Source: Vulcanimicrobiota bacterium
GTDB lineage: Bacteria; Vulcanimicrobiota; Xenobia; Xenobiales; JADMJV01
NCBI GenBank assembly: GCA_050250895.1
Contig: JBFWNU010000001.1
Span: 288,001-352,000 of the forward strand
Direction: 5' to 3'
DNA: 64,000 nt
Shown here: piece by piece, positions 25,497 through 33,625 of the stretch
Layout: the number at the start of each line of letters is the position of its first letter
How positions within the stretch are numbered: position 1 is the stretch's first letter
Position numbers and translations under genes: made by a program
Notes under the pieces: model-generated
Told to the model about the DNA's origin: nothing
Database searches by the model: none
The model's input: only the letters and a program-made list of their open reading frames with translations

Positions 25497-28454
25497 ATGA
25501 AAGTTCGCCTGGCGCAGTTCGTGCTACTGTTCGTTGTCTGCGGCTGTGGTCCCAATCCCGGCCCGCCCGCAAATCCGACTCCCCCACCCGGCCCGCCCCA
25601 GAAGGTCGAGGGTCGTTTCGTGCCCACCGACCGCAAGGCCGCCCCGATGCGACTGACGGCCGCCGACGGAACGGGACTGAGGTTGGTGTCGCTGAGCGCC
25701 AGCGCCGTCGTCGATGGACCGTTGGCCTTCACCGAGCTGCACTTGATCTTCGAAAACCCCGAGGACCGGGTCCTCGAGGGAACCTTCGAAATCACCATGC
25801 CCGATGGTGCCGCCATCAGCCGATTGGCGATGCTGGGCGAACTGGGCTGGCAAGAGGCCGAAGTGGTCGAGCGCCAGGCGGCCCGCCAGGCCTACGAGGA
25901 TTTTCTCCACCGCCGCCAGGACCCGGCTTTGATGGAAAAGCAAGCCGGCAACCAGTTCCAGGCCCGCGTCTTTCCCATCCCTGCCAAAGGCCGCAAAGAG
26001 CTCAAAATCTCCTACTCGCAAGAGATGAGTGCATCGTCCCAACCCTACCGGCTACCGCTCCAGGGGCTGCCCAGGATGAGCCAGCTCGACCTCAAAATCC
26101 TGGTCGGCCGCCAATCGGGCTCAGGGCTCAAGAACGAGGTCGTCAAGACCAGCCGACAGGACTACGCTCCCGAAGGAGACTTCGAAGTCCCTCAGCAGAG
26201 CGCCATCGCCGGGCTGGTGAGCCAGGGCCTGATAGTGGCCCGCGTCAGCCCCCAGCCCAAAGGCCAGAGCGACCCGGTCGAAAGCCTGCTGGTGCTGGTG
26301 GATACCAGCGCTTCCCGCGGGCCGGGCTTTGATGCCCAGATGGATAGAGTAGTCAAGGTCCTGGCCGCTCTGGGCGAAAAGGTGCCGATTCGTGTCGCCT
26401 GCTTTGACCAGGAAGTGGTCCAGGTGTTCGACGGCCCAGCCGGTCAACTCACCAGTGACGTTTTGACTAAACGGCGGCCGGGCGGAGCCACCGACTTCGA
26501 GAAGGCCCTGAAGTGGGCGGCCGGCCAGAAGGGCTTCGACAGGCTGTTGCTGGTGAGCGACGCTCTCCCCACCGCCGGCGAGACGGCTCTCGCCGCCCGG
26601 GTGAAATCGCTACCCCTAAAGCGGCTCGACCTGATCCTGGTAGGGGGCATTCGCGACCGAGAAAGCGCCCTGGCGCTGGTCGGAGGCAACCTCGACCGCG
26701 AAGGGATGGTGCTCGACGGCGACTTGACTGTCGACGAGCTGGCTCACCGTCTGACCCTGGCCGCCGCTTCCGGCTTGTCGGTGAGCGTGGAAGGCGCTGA
26801 TTGGGTGTGGCCCGAGCGACTCGACAATCTGCAGGCCGGCGATGAGCGGCTGATCTATGCCAAGCTGCGCCAGACCAGTCAATCCGTGCGCATCACCATC
26901 GACGGGCAGACCAGCGAGGTTGCCCTCAGTTCTGCTGCCCAGCCGCTGCTCGATCGGGCTGCCGCCCTGGCCCGGGTGGCCCGCCTCGAAAGTCAGCTGC
27001 GCAACGCTTCGAATTCGGCCGAACGCGAAAAGCTGCGGAACCAGATCGTCGAGCTCTCGACCAGCAAACGGGTCTTGAGCGAGCACACCGCTTTGCTGGT
27101 GCTCGAAACCGAGGATGATTACGCCCGCTTCAACATCGACCGCAAAGCGCTCACCGACATTCTGGTGGTCGGTCAGCAGGGGCTCGAGCTGCACCAGCGC
27201 ACGCCTGTGCAATTCGCCCAGAGGCCGGTCGAGATGATGGAGAAGAACAAAGAAAGCGACCTCGGCCTCGACAAAGCGACCGCCGACGGTGGCGAAACGA
27301 GCACCGACACGCTCTATGTCCTCACGCCAGCGGCTGACGATACCGTGGTAACGGCGCGGCAGGCCCGGCTGGCGGAGGCGCCGGCCGGGGCGGCCGGCGC
27401 CCAGACCGAGTATCGCCGCGCCCAGGATGCGCCGGGCCCGGCGGCGCAAACGAGAGCCAGGTCCAATGACGGCTTTCGCTCGGGCGGCAACGAGCAGCCC
27501 TCGGTCGAAGAAGAGGCGGCCGCCGAAGACATCGAAAAGAGACCGGCCCTGACCGGACGGCTGGCCGAGGTCATGAAACTGATCAAGGTCGGAAAGCTCG
27601 ATGCCGCCCTGGCTCAGGCCATGAAGTGGCACGAGCAGTCTCCCGGCGATGTGCTGGCTCTGGTGGCCCTGGGCGAGTGCTTCGAGGCTCGCGGCCAGAA
27701 AGACGAGGCGGCCCGGGCTTACGGTTCGATTATCGATCTCTACCCCTCGCGAGCCGACCTGCGACGCTTTGCCGGCTGCCGTCTCGACCGACTCGCCCAC
27801 CCTCTGGCAGTGGACACCTATCGCAAGGCCGTCGAACAGCGCCCTGACCACGTCAGCGGCCACCGCATGTTAGCCTACGCTCTGGTGCGCCAGGGCGATC
27901 TGCCCGCCGCTTTTGCGGCCATCTCGGCCGGGCTACAGCGCGACTACCCTGACAACCGCTTTCTGTCGTGGGAGCGGATCTTGCGCGACGACGCCGGCCT
28001 GATCGCGGCCGCCTGGCTGGCGCGCGACCCTTCCCGCCGCCCGGAAGTAGAGAAAAAACTCAAAGCTCTGGGAACCCAGCTGGCCACCAAACCCTCCTTG
28101 CGGTTCGTGCTCACCTGGGAGACCGACGCCAACGATGTCGACTTTCACATCCACGACAGCCGGGGTGGGCACGCCTACTACAGCGATCCCAAGCTGCCCT
28201 CGGGTGGAGAACTCTATGGCGACGTGACCACCGGCTACGGACCCGAGTGCTTCAACATCCCGACCCAGCCAGCTGCCTTTCCCTACAAGCTCGCGATCCA
28301 CTACTATAGCCGTGGCCCGATGGGCTACGGCATGGGCAAGGTCGAGATCTGCCAGCACGACGGCAAGGGCAACCTGCGCTTTGAACAACGGCCCTATGTC
28401 GTGATGCAAGACCAGGCCTTCGTCGAACTGGGCACTGTGCCCAAACCGCTTTAG
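25497..28454 (+). CDS. Lipoprotein with VIT, vWA-like, TPR and YfaP/DUF2135-like domains
   Basis: Lipobox VVCGC; VIT (FENPEDRVLEG, QDPALME, ARVFPIP); DTSAS MIDAS-like motif; WETDANDVDFH...DVTTGYGPE. Confidence 0.85.
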   Translation: MKVRLAQFVLLFVVCGCGPNPGPPANPTPPPGPPQKVEGRFVPTDRKAAPMRLTAADGTGLRLVSLSASAVVDGPLAFTELHLIFENPEDRVLEGTFEITMPDGAAISRLAMLGELGWQEAEVVERQAARQAYEDFLHRRQDPALMEKQAGNQFQARVFPIPAKGRKELKISYSQEMSASSQPYRLPLQGLPRMSQLDLKILVGRQSGSGLKNEVVKTSRQDYAPEGDFEVPQQSAIAGLVSQGLIVARVSPQPKGQSDPVESLLVLVDTSASRGPGFDAQMDRVVKVLAALGEKVPIRVACFDQEVVQVFDGPAGQLTSDVLTKRRPGGATDFEKALKWAAGQKGFDRLLLVSDALPTAGETALAARVKSLPLKRLDLILVGGIRDRESALALVGGNLDREGMVLDGDLTVDELAHRLTLAAASGLSVSVEGADWVWPERLDNLQAGDERLIYAKLRQTSQSVRITIDGQTSEVALSSAAQPLLDRAAALARVARLESQLRNASNSAEREKLRNQIVELSTSKRVLSEHTALLVLETEDDYARFNIDRKALTDILVVGQQGLELHQRTPVQFAQRPVEMMEKNKESDLGLDKATADGGETSTDTLYVLTPAADDTVVTARQARLAEAPAGAAGAQTEYRRAQDAPGPAAQTRARSNDGFRSGGNEQPSVEEEAAAEDIEKRPALTGRLAEVMKLIKVGKLDAALAQAMKWHEQSPGDVLALVALGECFEARGQKDEAARAYGSIIDLYPSRADLRRFAGCRLDRLAHPLAVDTYRKAVEQRPDHVSGHRMLAYALVRQGDLPAAFAAISAGLQRDYPDNRFLSWERILRDDAGLIAAAWLARDPSRRPEVEKKLKALGTQLATKPSLRFVLTWETDANDVDFHIHDSRGGHAYYSDPKLPSGGELYGDVTTGYGPECFNIPTQPAAFPYKLAIHYYSRGPMGYGMGKVEICQHDGKGNLRFEQRPYVVMQDQAFVELGTVPKPL

Positions 28455-28488
28455 GAGACCTTGTGGACGAAAGGAACTCAGACTGATC

Positions 28489-28917
28489 TCAGGCTATGGG
28501 ATGACGCCAGCGAAGGCCCGGAAACCGGCTATAGTCTCGGTCGGTCGTGACCCACTCACAGCCCGCCTCAATGGCCAGGGCGGCGTGGTAGGCATCTGCC
28601 GCCAAGTTCCCCCGAACCCCAGCCTGCTCGCACAGGCGTAGGAAGATACCCCAATGCCTGGCCCCCGGCAAAATCACGCGTGCCCGTGGGGTGCGCCGCA
28701 GGGCGTTGACAAACTCCAGCGCTTCGGGCAGGCCCTCGGGTGGGTCAAAGACTCGTGGATGGGTGACGACACGCAGGAAGCCACTCAACACCAACTCGGA
28801 AAGCCCGAAAGCCTCTTGACCGTTGACGAGTTCGTGTAACCAACAACGATAGGCCTGGTGGTTCGGCGTGTCTGGGCGAAAGGCGTAGACCAGCACATTC
28901 ACATCTGGAAGTAGCAC
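28489..28917 (-). CDS. vapC: Type II toxin, VapC PIN domain
   Basis: MLLPDVNVLVYA...GNLAADAYHAALAIE...TTDRDYSRF. Confidence 0.92.
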   Translation of the reverse strand: MLLPDVNVLVYAFRPDTPNHQAYRCWLHELVNGQEAFGLSELVLSGFLRVVTHPRVFDPPEGLPEALEFVNALRRTPRARVILPGARHWGIFLRLCEQAGVRGNLAADAYHAALAIEAGCEWVTTDRDYSRFPGLRWRHPIA

Positions 28918-29159
28918 TACCGGTCCATCCGGTCGAGCAAGTCAACAGTATCGTCAAGATCAACCCCTGCTTGGAGCCCACGACCTCCCTTGGAAACGGG
29001 CAAATCGATCGTCTCATCCGCCATTTGCTTCGGCGTGCACGCCATCGCCTGGCGCAAGCTGTCCTGGATCAGGGCCGTCAGGGTGCGTCCTGTGGCCGAC
29101 GCAAACCTGCGGGCTTCGTCGAGCAGTTCTTCATCCATCCTGATGGTCGTTCTCTTCAT
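28917..29159 (-). CDS. vapB: Type II antitoxin, VapB (RHH/CopG)
   Basis: MKRTTIRMDEELL RHH N-terminus; GVDLDD C-terminus; overlaps vapC. Confidence 0.88.
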   Translation of the reverse strand: MKRTTIRMDEELLDEARRFASATGRTLTALIQDSLRQAMACTPKQMADETIDLPVSKGGRGLQAGVDLDDTVDLLDRMDR

Positions 29160-29168
29160 ATATGCTAG

Positions 29169-29197
29169 ATCATATCAGCGGCATGTCAATATGTCAA
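29169..29197 (-). promoter_or_regulatory. Sigma70 promoter of vapBC, TTGACA-N17-TATGAT
   Basis: Consensus -35, near-consensus -10, 17-nt spacer; tandem TTGACAT copies may be the operator. Confidence 0.75.
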
Positions 29198-29217
29198 AGC
29201 CTCTCGTGCCCGCGGGG

Positions 29218-29250
29218 TTTCAGGGCTTTTTCGGCTGGTTCGGCTAGTCT
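29218..29250 (+). promoter_or_regulatory. TTTCAG-N5-TTTCGG-N10-TAGTCT promoter
   Basis: Same geometry; ATGs at 29255 and 29261. Confidence 0.65.
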
Positions 29251-29254
29251 CGCC

Positions 29255-31753
29255 ATGGGCATGGAACCGCTCCGAATCAAATCCTCATATTCGCCCCCCC
29301 ACGTAGCTCGGGCGAGCAGCCAGGAGCAAGGCGTCTCTCGCGAAACTGTCGAGCAGCTCGAGCGGGACGGCTTTGCTTTCAGCTGGCGGTCGAAGTGGCA
29401 CATGCCCTGGAGCGACCCCATCCGCCCGATGTCGGCCGAAGAGGTGGTGTCGACCCTGGCCCGGGGCGAGACCGAGCGCCTCAGCGTGTCGGCGCCCGAG
29501 CAGCTGACCCTGCCGGTACGCAGCCGCCAAGACCTGCATGAGCTGGCCAGCCTGGCCGGACACGGCGATCAGGCCGCCAAGCTGCAGCAAGACCTGAGGT
29601 TTCTAGCCGAGCAGGGCTTTCGCTTCTGGGCCCACCGGGGCGAGGAGCAGGGTGAAGTCGGGCTGTATGGAGCCTACAACGCTCTCACCGACCCCAATCA
29701 CGGCCTGAGCAAACTCACCGCCCGGCGCGGCGAGCTGTCGCTGCCGGTCGGTCAGACCACCCCCCGGGCCCTGCGCGAGCGAATCGAAGAGCTGGGCGAC
29801 CTGGCCTCGGTCCAGGCTCTGATGGCGCTCGGCCAGAAGACCGGCGAACGGGCCGCCCTGCTGGACCTGGCTCTAGAGAAGACCTCGGTCGAGCCTCTGG
29901 GCAAGATTGACCCCAGCCTGTCGAGCCAGGCGAGAGTGGCCCTGGCTGACCGGCTCTTTGCCAACCCCAAAGCCGATTTGAGCGAGCTCTCTCAAGCCCC
30001 CCTGCCCGCAGCCGACGAGCTAAAAGTGGCTCAGAAAGCCCTCCAGGAGCGCCGGACCGATCCGTTGACCGAAAGGCTGCTGGCCGACGACCAGATTCAC
30101 CAGTCGACCCGGCTGATGGTGGCCCGAGCCACCCTGGCCGGCACGGTCGAGCCAGACCTGGCCAAACGGGCCAGCGGCTGGATGCAGAGCCTGTGCGACA
30201 GCAACACCAACCAGGGCTGGTCCGACGCCGCCCGAGTCGGCCAGGCCGCCTGCGAGTGCCTGCCTGACAATCTTTCGGCTCAGGTGGCCCTGAGCGTCGA
30301 ACCGCTCAAGCATCCGGGGTCGCAAGTCAGGCTCTATCGGGCCGCCCTGGACCAGCCAGCGGCTACGGGCCCGGAGCTGGCTGCTCAGGGACACGAGCTG
30401 TCCGAAGGGTTACGGGGCACCGGCTACGACCACGCCTGGAGTGACGCCGCCAAGGTGGGCCGGGCCTTCGTCAAAGAGCTGGCTCAGCGGCCTGAGTTCG
30501 CTTTGAGCGCCCAGGCTGCCCTGGGGGCCGAAGCAATGAAGGCCCCGGGCTCGTTCACCCGCGTCTACGAGGCGGTCATGGCAGCCCCCGGCCGGTCGCC
30601 CGAACAAGTGGCCGCGCTAGGACGCGAGCTGTCGGTGACTTTGCGCGGGACGACTTATGAGAGCGCCTGGCAAGACGCCGACAAGCTGGGCCGGGCCTTT
30701 GTCGAGACACTGGCCAACTGTCCCGAAACCGCCCCGGTCATGGGGGTGGCCCTGCGGGCCCAGGGCCTGGAGGCGCCCGGCTCGCGGACCCGCCTCTATG
30801 AAGCCGTGCTGGGGGCTCCCCTGGCCAGCACCCCCGAAGAACTGGGTAAACTGGGCCGCGACTTGAGCATCGAGCTGCGCGGCACCACCTACAAATGCGC
30901 CTGGCAAGACGCCGATCGGGCCGGGCGAGCTTTCGTCGAAGCGCTGGCCGAGCTGCCCGAGGGGGTGGCCGCCAGGGCCGCGCTGCGGCCCGAGCTGGCA
31001 GCCCCTGGTTCGCGCACCCGCACCTACGAAGCGGTGCTGGCCCAGCCCACCGTCAACGACCCGGTCGCTCTCGGAGCGTTGGGAAACAGCATCAGCGTCG
31101 AGTTGCGCGGCACCACCTACGACTGCGCCTGGAAAGACTCCCGCAAAGCCGGTCTGGCCTTTGTGGAAGGGCTGCAGGAGTTTCCCGCCACCCGCAACCT
31201 GGCCCTGGCTGTAGCCTCGGCCGCCCCCACGGCAGCTCCGGGCTCGGACGTGCGACTCTATGAAGCGGTCCTGGCCGACCCCCTCTGCACCGATCTGGCC
31301 GCCATGGGCCAGCGAGTGGCCGATTCGATCCCGGCCAGCTACAGCAGCCGGGTGGCCGACCAGGCTGCCGTGCGCGCCACCCTCCAAAGCGCCGCCAGCA
31401 CGGCCGGGTTGGATGAGCAGAACCTCGAGTTTTTAGCCAGCGTCACCCTGGGCACTGGTCCGGGCGCTCGCAAAGCCCTGGGCAAAGCCCTCTCCCAGTT
31501 CTCGACCCGACCCGGCCAGGCCGCCGTCAGTGCGGTCAACACTTTGCGTCAGGCCGGCGACGAAAGTTGGAGAGAACTGGCCGTCAACTGCCTGGCCAGG
31601 CTCCAGCCCGAGAAAGCCATCGCCGACCCCGAGAAGGCAGCCGCCCTGCTCGAGGTCACCAATCTTCTTGAGCCCACCTCGACTGGCGAACTCAAGACCG
31701 AACAAGAGCAGGTCGTCATCAACGACTACGCCGTGGCCGTCCGTCAAGACTGA
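29255..31753 (+). CDS. Large hypothetical protein with about five 76-78-aa helical repeats
   Basis: Repeating AW-x-DA-x-x-x-GRAFV...APGS-x-TR-x-YEAV...LRGTTY; C-terminal EQVVINDYAVAV. Confidence 0.85.
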   Translation: MGMEPLRIKSSYSPPHVARASSQEQGVSRETVEQLERDGFAFSWRSKWHMPWSDPIRPMSAEEVVSTLARGETERLSVSAPEQLTLPVRSRQDLHELASLAGHGDQAAKLQQDLRFLAEQGFRFWAHRGEEQGEVGLYGAYNALTDPNHGLSKLTARRGELSLPVGQTTPRALRERIEELGDLASVQALMALGQKTGERAALLDLALEKTSVEPLGKIDPSLSSQARVALADRLFANPKADLSELSQAPLPAADELKVAQKALQERRTDPLTERLLADDQIHQSTRLMVARATLAGTVEPDLAKRASGWMQSLCDSNTNQGWSDAARVGQAACECLPDNLSAQVALSVEPLKHPGSQVRLYRAALDQPAATGPELAAQGHELSEGLRGTGYDHAWSDAAKVGRAFVKELAQRPEFALSAQAALGAEAMKAPGSFTRVYEAVMAAPGRSPEQVAALGRELSVTLRGTTYESAWQDADKLGRAFVETLANCPETAPVMGVALRAQGLEAPGSRTRLYEAVLGAPLASTPEELGKLGRDLSIELRGTTYKCAWQDADRAGRAFVEALAELPEGVAARAALRPELAAPGSRTRTYEAVLAQPTVNDPVALGALGNSISVELRGTTYDCAWKDSRKAGLAFVEGLQEFPATRNLALAVASAAPTAAPGSDVRLYEAVLADPLCTDLAAMGQRVADSIPASYSSRVADQAAVRATLQSAASTAGLDEQNLEFLASVTLGTGPGARKALGKALSQFSTRPGQAAVSAVNTLRQAGDESWRELAVNCLARLQPEKAIADPEKAAALLEVTNLLEPTSTGELKTEQEQVVINDYAVAVRQD

Positions 31754-31840
31754 CCCTCCCGGAGTTTAACAAACAGCCAACTCTTCGTTCGCCGCGTGTT
31801 CAGCTGGATTGAGCTATGCTCTTGGCGAGAGGAGCGACCG

Positions 31841-32494
31841 ATGAGCTATCCTGATTGTCTGCGCGAGGGGGCGCCACGCCCCCGGGAGCGACTACTGAGT
31901 GAGGGGCCCGCCAGCCTGACCGACCAGGAACTGGTGGCCGTGCTGCTGGGGCACGGGGTCAAGGACCATCCGGTCAGTCGAGTGGCCGGGCTACTGGTGG
32001 AAGAGGGATTGGGCCGGGCCACCGCCGACAGCCTGTGCCGGACTCCCGGGGTGGGTCAAGCCCGAGCGGCGGCTTTGCTGGCCGGCATCGAACTGGGTCG
32101 CCGGCTGGCCGTGCCCAGCGGGCCGAGAATCGGCTGTCCGGAAGACGTCTTCGAACTGCTGGTCGACATGGTCGACTACGACCGCGAGCACTTCGTGGCC
32201 CTCTATCTCGACGCGCGGCGGCGAGTGATCGGGCAAGAAACGGTCTCGGTCGGCACGCTGACAGCCAGTCTGGTCCATCCCCGCGAGGTCTTTGCCCCGG
32301 CCCTGCAGCGGCGGGCGGCCACGGTCGTAGTGGCCCACAACCACCCCTCCGGGGATCCTACCCCGAGTGCCGAGGATGTGGCCCTGACCCGACGGTTGGT
32401 CAGGGCCGGCGAACTATTGGGGGTGGAACTGCTCGATCACATCGTGGTGGGGCGCTGGGGATTTGCCAGCATCCGGGAACTCGGCGAAATCTGA
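31841..32494 (+). CDS. radC: RadC/UPF0758 JAB domain protein
   Basis: PRERLL, GTLTASLVHPREVF, AHNHPSGDPTPSAED, LLDHIVV. Confidence 0.93.
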   Translation: MSYPDCLREGAPRPRERLLSEGPASLTDQELVAVLLGHGVKDHPVSRVAGLLVEEGLGRATADSLCRTPGVGQARAAALLAGIELGRRLAVPSGPRIGCPEDVFELLVDMVDYDREHFVALYLDARRRVIGQETVSVGTLTASLVHPREVFAPALQRRAATVVVAHNHPSGDPTPSAEDVALTRRLVRAGELLGVELLDHIVVGRWGFASIRELGEI

Positions 32495-32542
32495 GGGAGG
32501 AAACGAACCTCACCGGCAGCAATATGGCCTCAGAGTCTATCG

Positions 32543-33625
32543 ATGAAAATCGTGATTGACGCCATGGGGGGCGATTACGCCCCCGAAGAGGTCGTGATGG
32601 GGGCTGCCGAGGCGGCCAGCAGTGTCGCGGCCACTTTAGTGCTGGTCGGCGACGAGCAGCGAATTCGTGCTGCCCTGGCCGAGCGCGACCTGCAACTGGC
32701 CCAGCGCAAGCGCCGTCTGCGCGACCGCCGCCGGCGCAAGAAAAAGGGCGAAGAGCACAAGCCGGTGCTCAGCGCCGATCTGGTCGAGATCGTTCATACC
32801 GACGACCACATTGGCATGGACGAGAGTCCCGGCCCTGGCCTGCGCAAGCGCGACAACGCCTCGATGGTGGTGGCCGCCCGCATGGTCCGCGACGGCGAGG
32901 CCCAGGCGATGGTTTGCGCCGGCAATACCGGCGCTTTGTTGCAGGTAGCCCTGTTCGAGATCGGCCGCGTGCAGGGCATTCGCCGCCCGGCCCTGGCGGC
33001 TGTCCTACCCACCGACGGGCGCCCCTCGCTGGCCCTCGACATGGGCGCTAACGCCGACTGCAAGCCCGAATACTTGTTGCAATTTGCCGAGATGGGCTCG
33101 ATCTACGCGGCCCGGGTGATGGGCATCGACAATCCGCGGGTGGGCCTGCTCAATATCGGCACCGAGCCCACCAAAGGCAGTGCAGCGGTGGTGGCTGCCC
33201 ATCAGTTGCTGGCTGAGTCGAAGCTGAATTTTGTGGGCAACATCGAGCCTATGGGCTTTTTCGCGGGTGAGACCGATGTGGCCGTCTGCGACGGCTTCGT
33301 GGGCAATATGGTGCTCAAAACCAGTGAAGCCGTTTCGGAATGGCTGATGGGGCGGGTGCGCAACGCCGCCCGGCGCACTCCGGCGGCCAAGATTGGCGGG
33401 CACTTGCTGCGCCCTTCCCTGCGCTTGCTCAAGCAAGACATCAGCCACTCTGACCACGGCGGCGCGGTCTTGCTGGGTCTGCGCGGGGTGGTGGTGAAGT
33501 GCCACGGCCGGGCCGACGCCCAAGCCATCACCAACGGCATTCGGGTGGCCGCCCGAACCGTCGAAAAGCAGGTCGTCGAGCTGATTGCCAAGAGCCCCAA
33601 CGACAAAAGCGAGGTTCAGGTGTGA
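32543..33625 (+). CDS. plsX: Phosphate acyltransferase PlsX
   Basis: IDAMGGDYAP, AGNTGA, RPAL, LDMGANAD, DGFVGN, KCHG. Confidence 0.95.
   Translation: MKIVIDAMGGDYAPEEVVMGAAEAASSVAATLVLVGDEQRIRAALAERDLQLAQRKRRLRDRRRRKKKGEEHKPVLSADLVEIVHTDDHIGMDESPGPGLRKRDNASMVVAARMVRDGEAQAMVCAGNTGALLQVALFEIGRVQGIRRPALAAVLPTDGRPSLALDMGANADCKPEYLLQFAEMGSIYAARVMGIDNPRVGLLNIGTEPTKGSAAVVAAHQLLAESKLNFVGNIEPMGFFAGETDVAVCDGFVGNMVLKTSEAVSEWLMGRVRNAARRTPAAKIGGHLLRPSLRLLKQDISHSDHGGAVLLGLRGVVVKCHGRADAQAITNGIRVAARTVEKQVVELIAKSPNDKSEVQV

Noticed and set aside
28489-29159. vapBC as a defence-island marker
   Set aside because: Ordinary isolated type II toxin-antitoxin pair with no clustered defence genes.
31841-32494. radC as a marker of a mobile element
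   Set aside because: It is the long chromosomal form next to plsX-recG-rsmD, with no integrase or transposase nearby.
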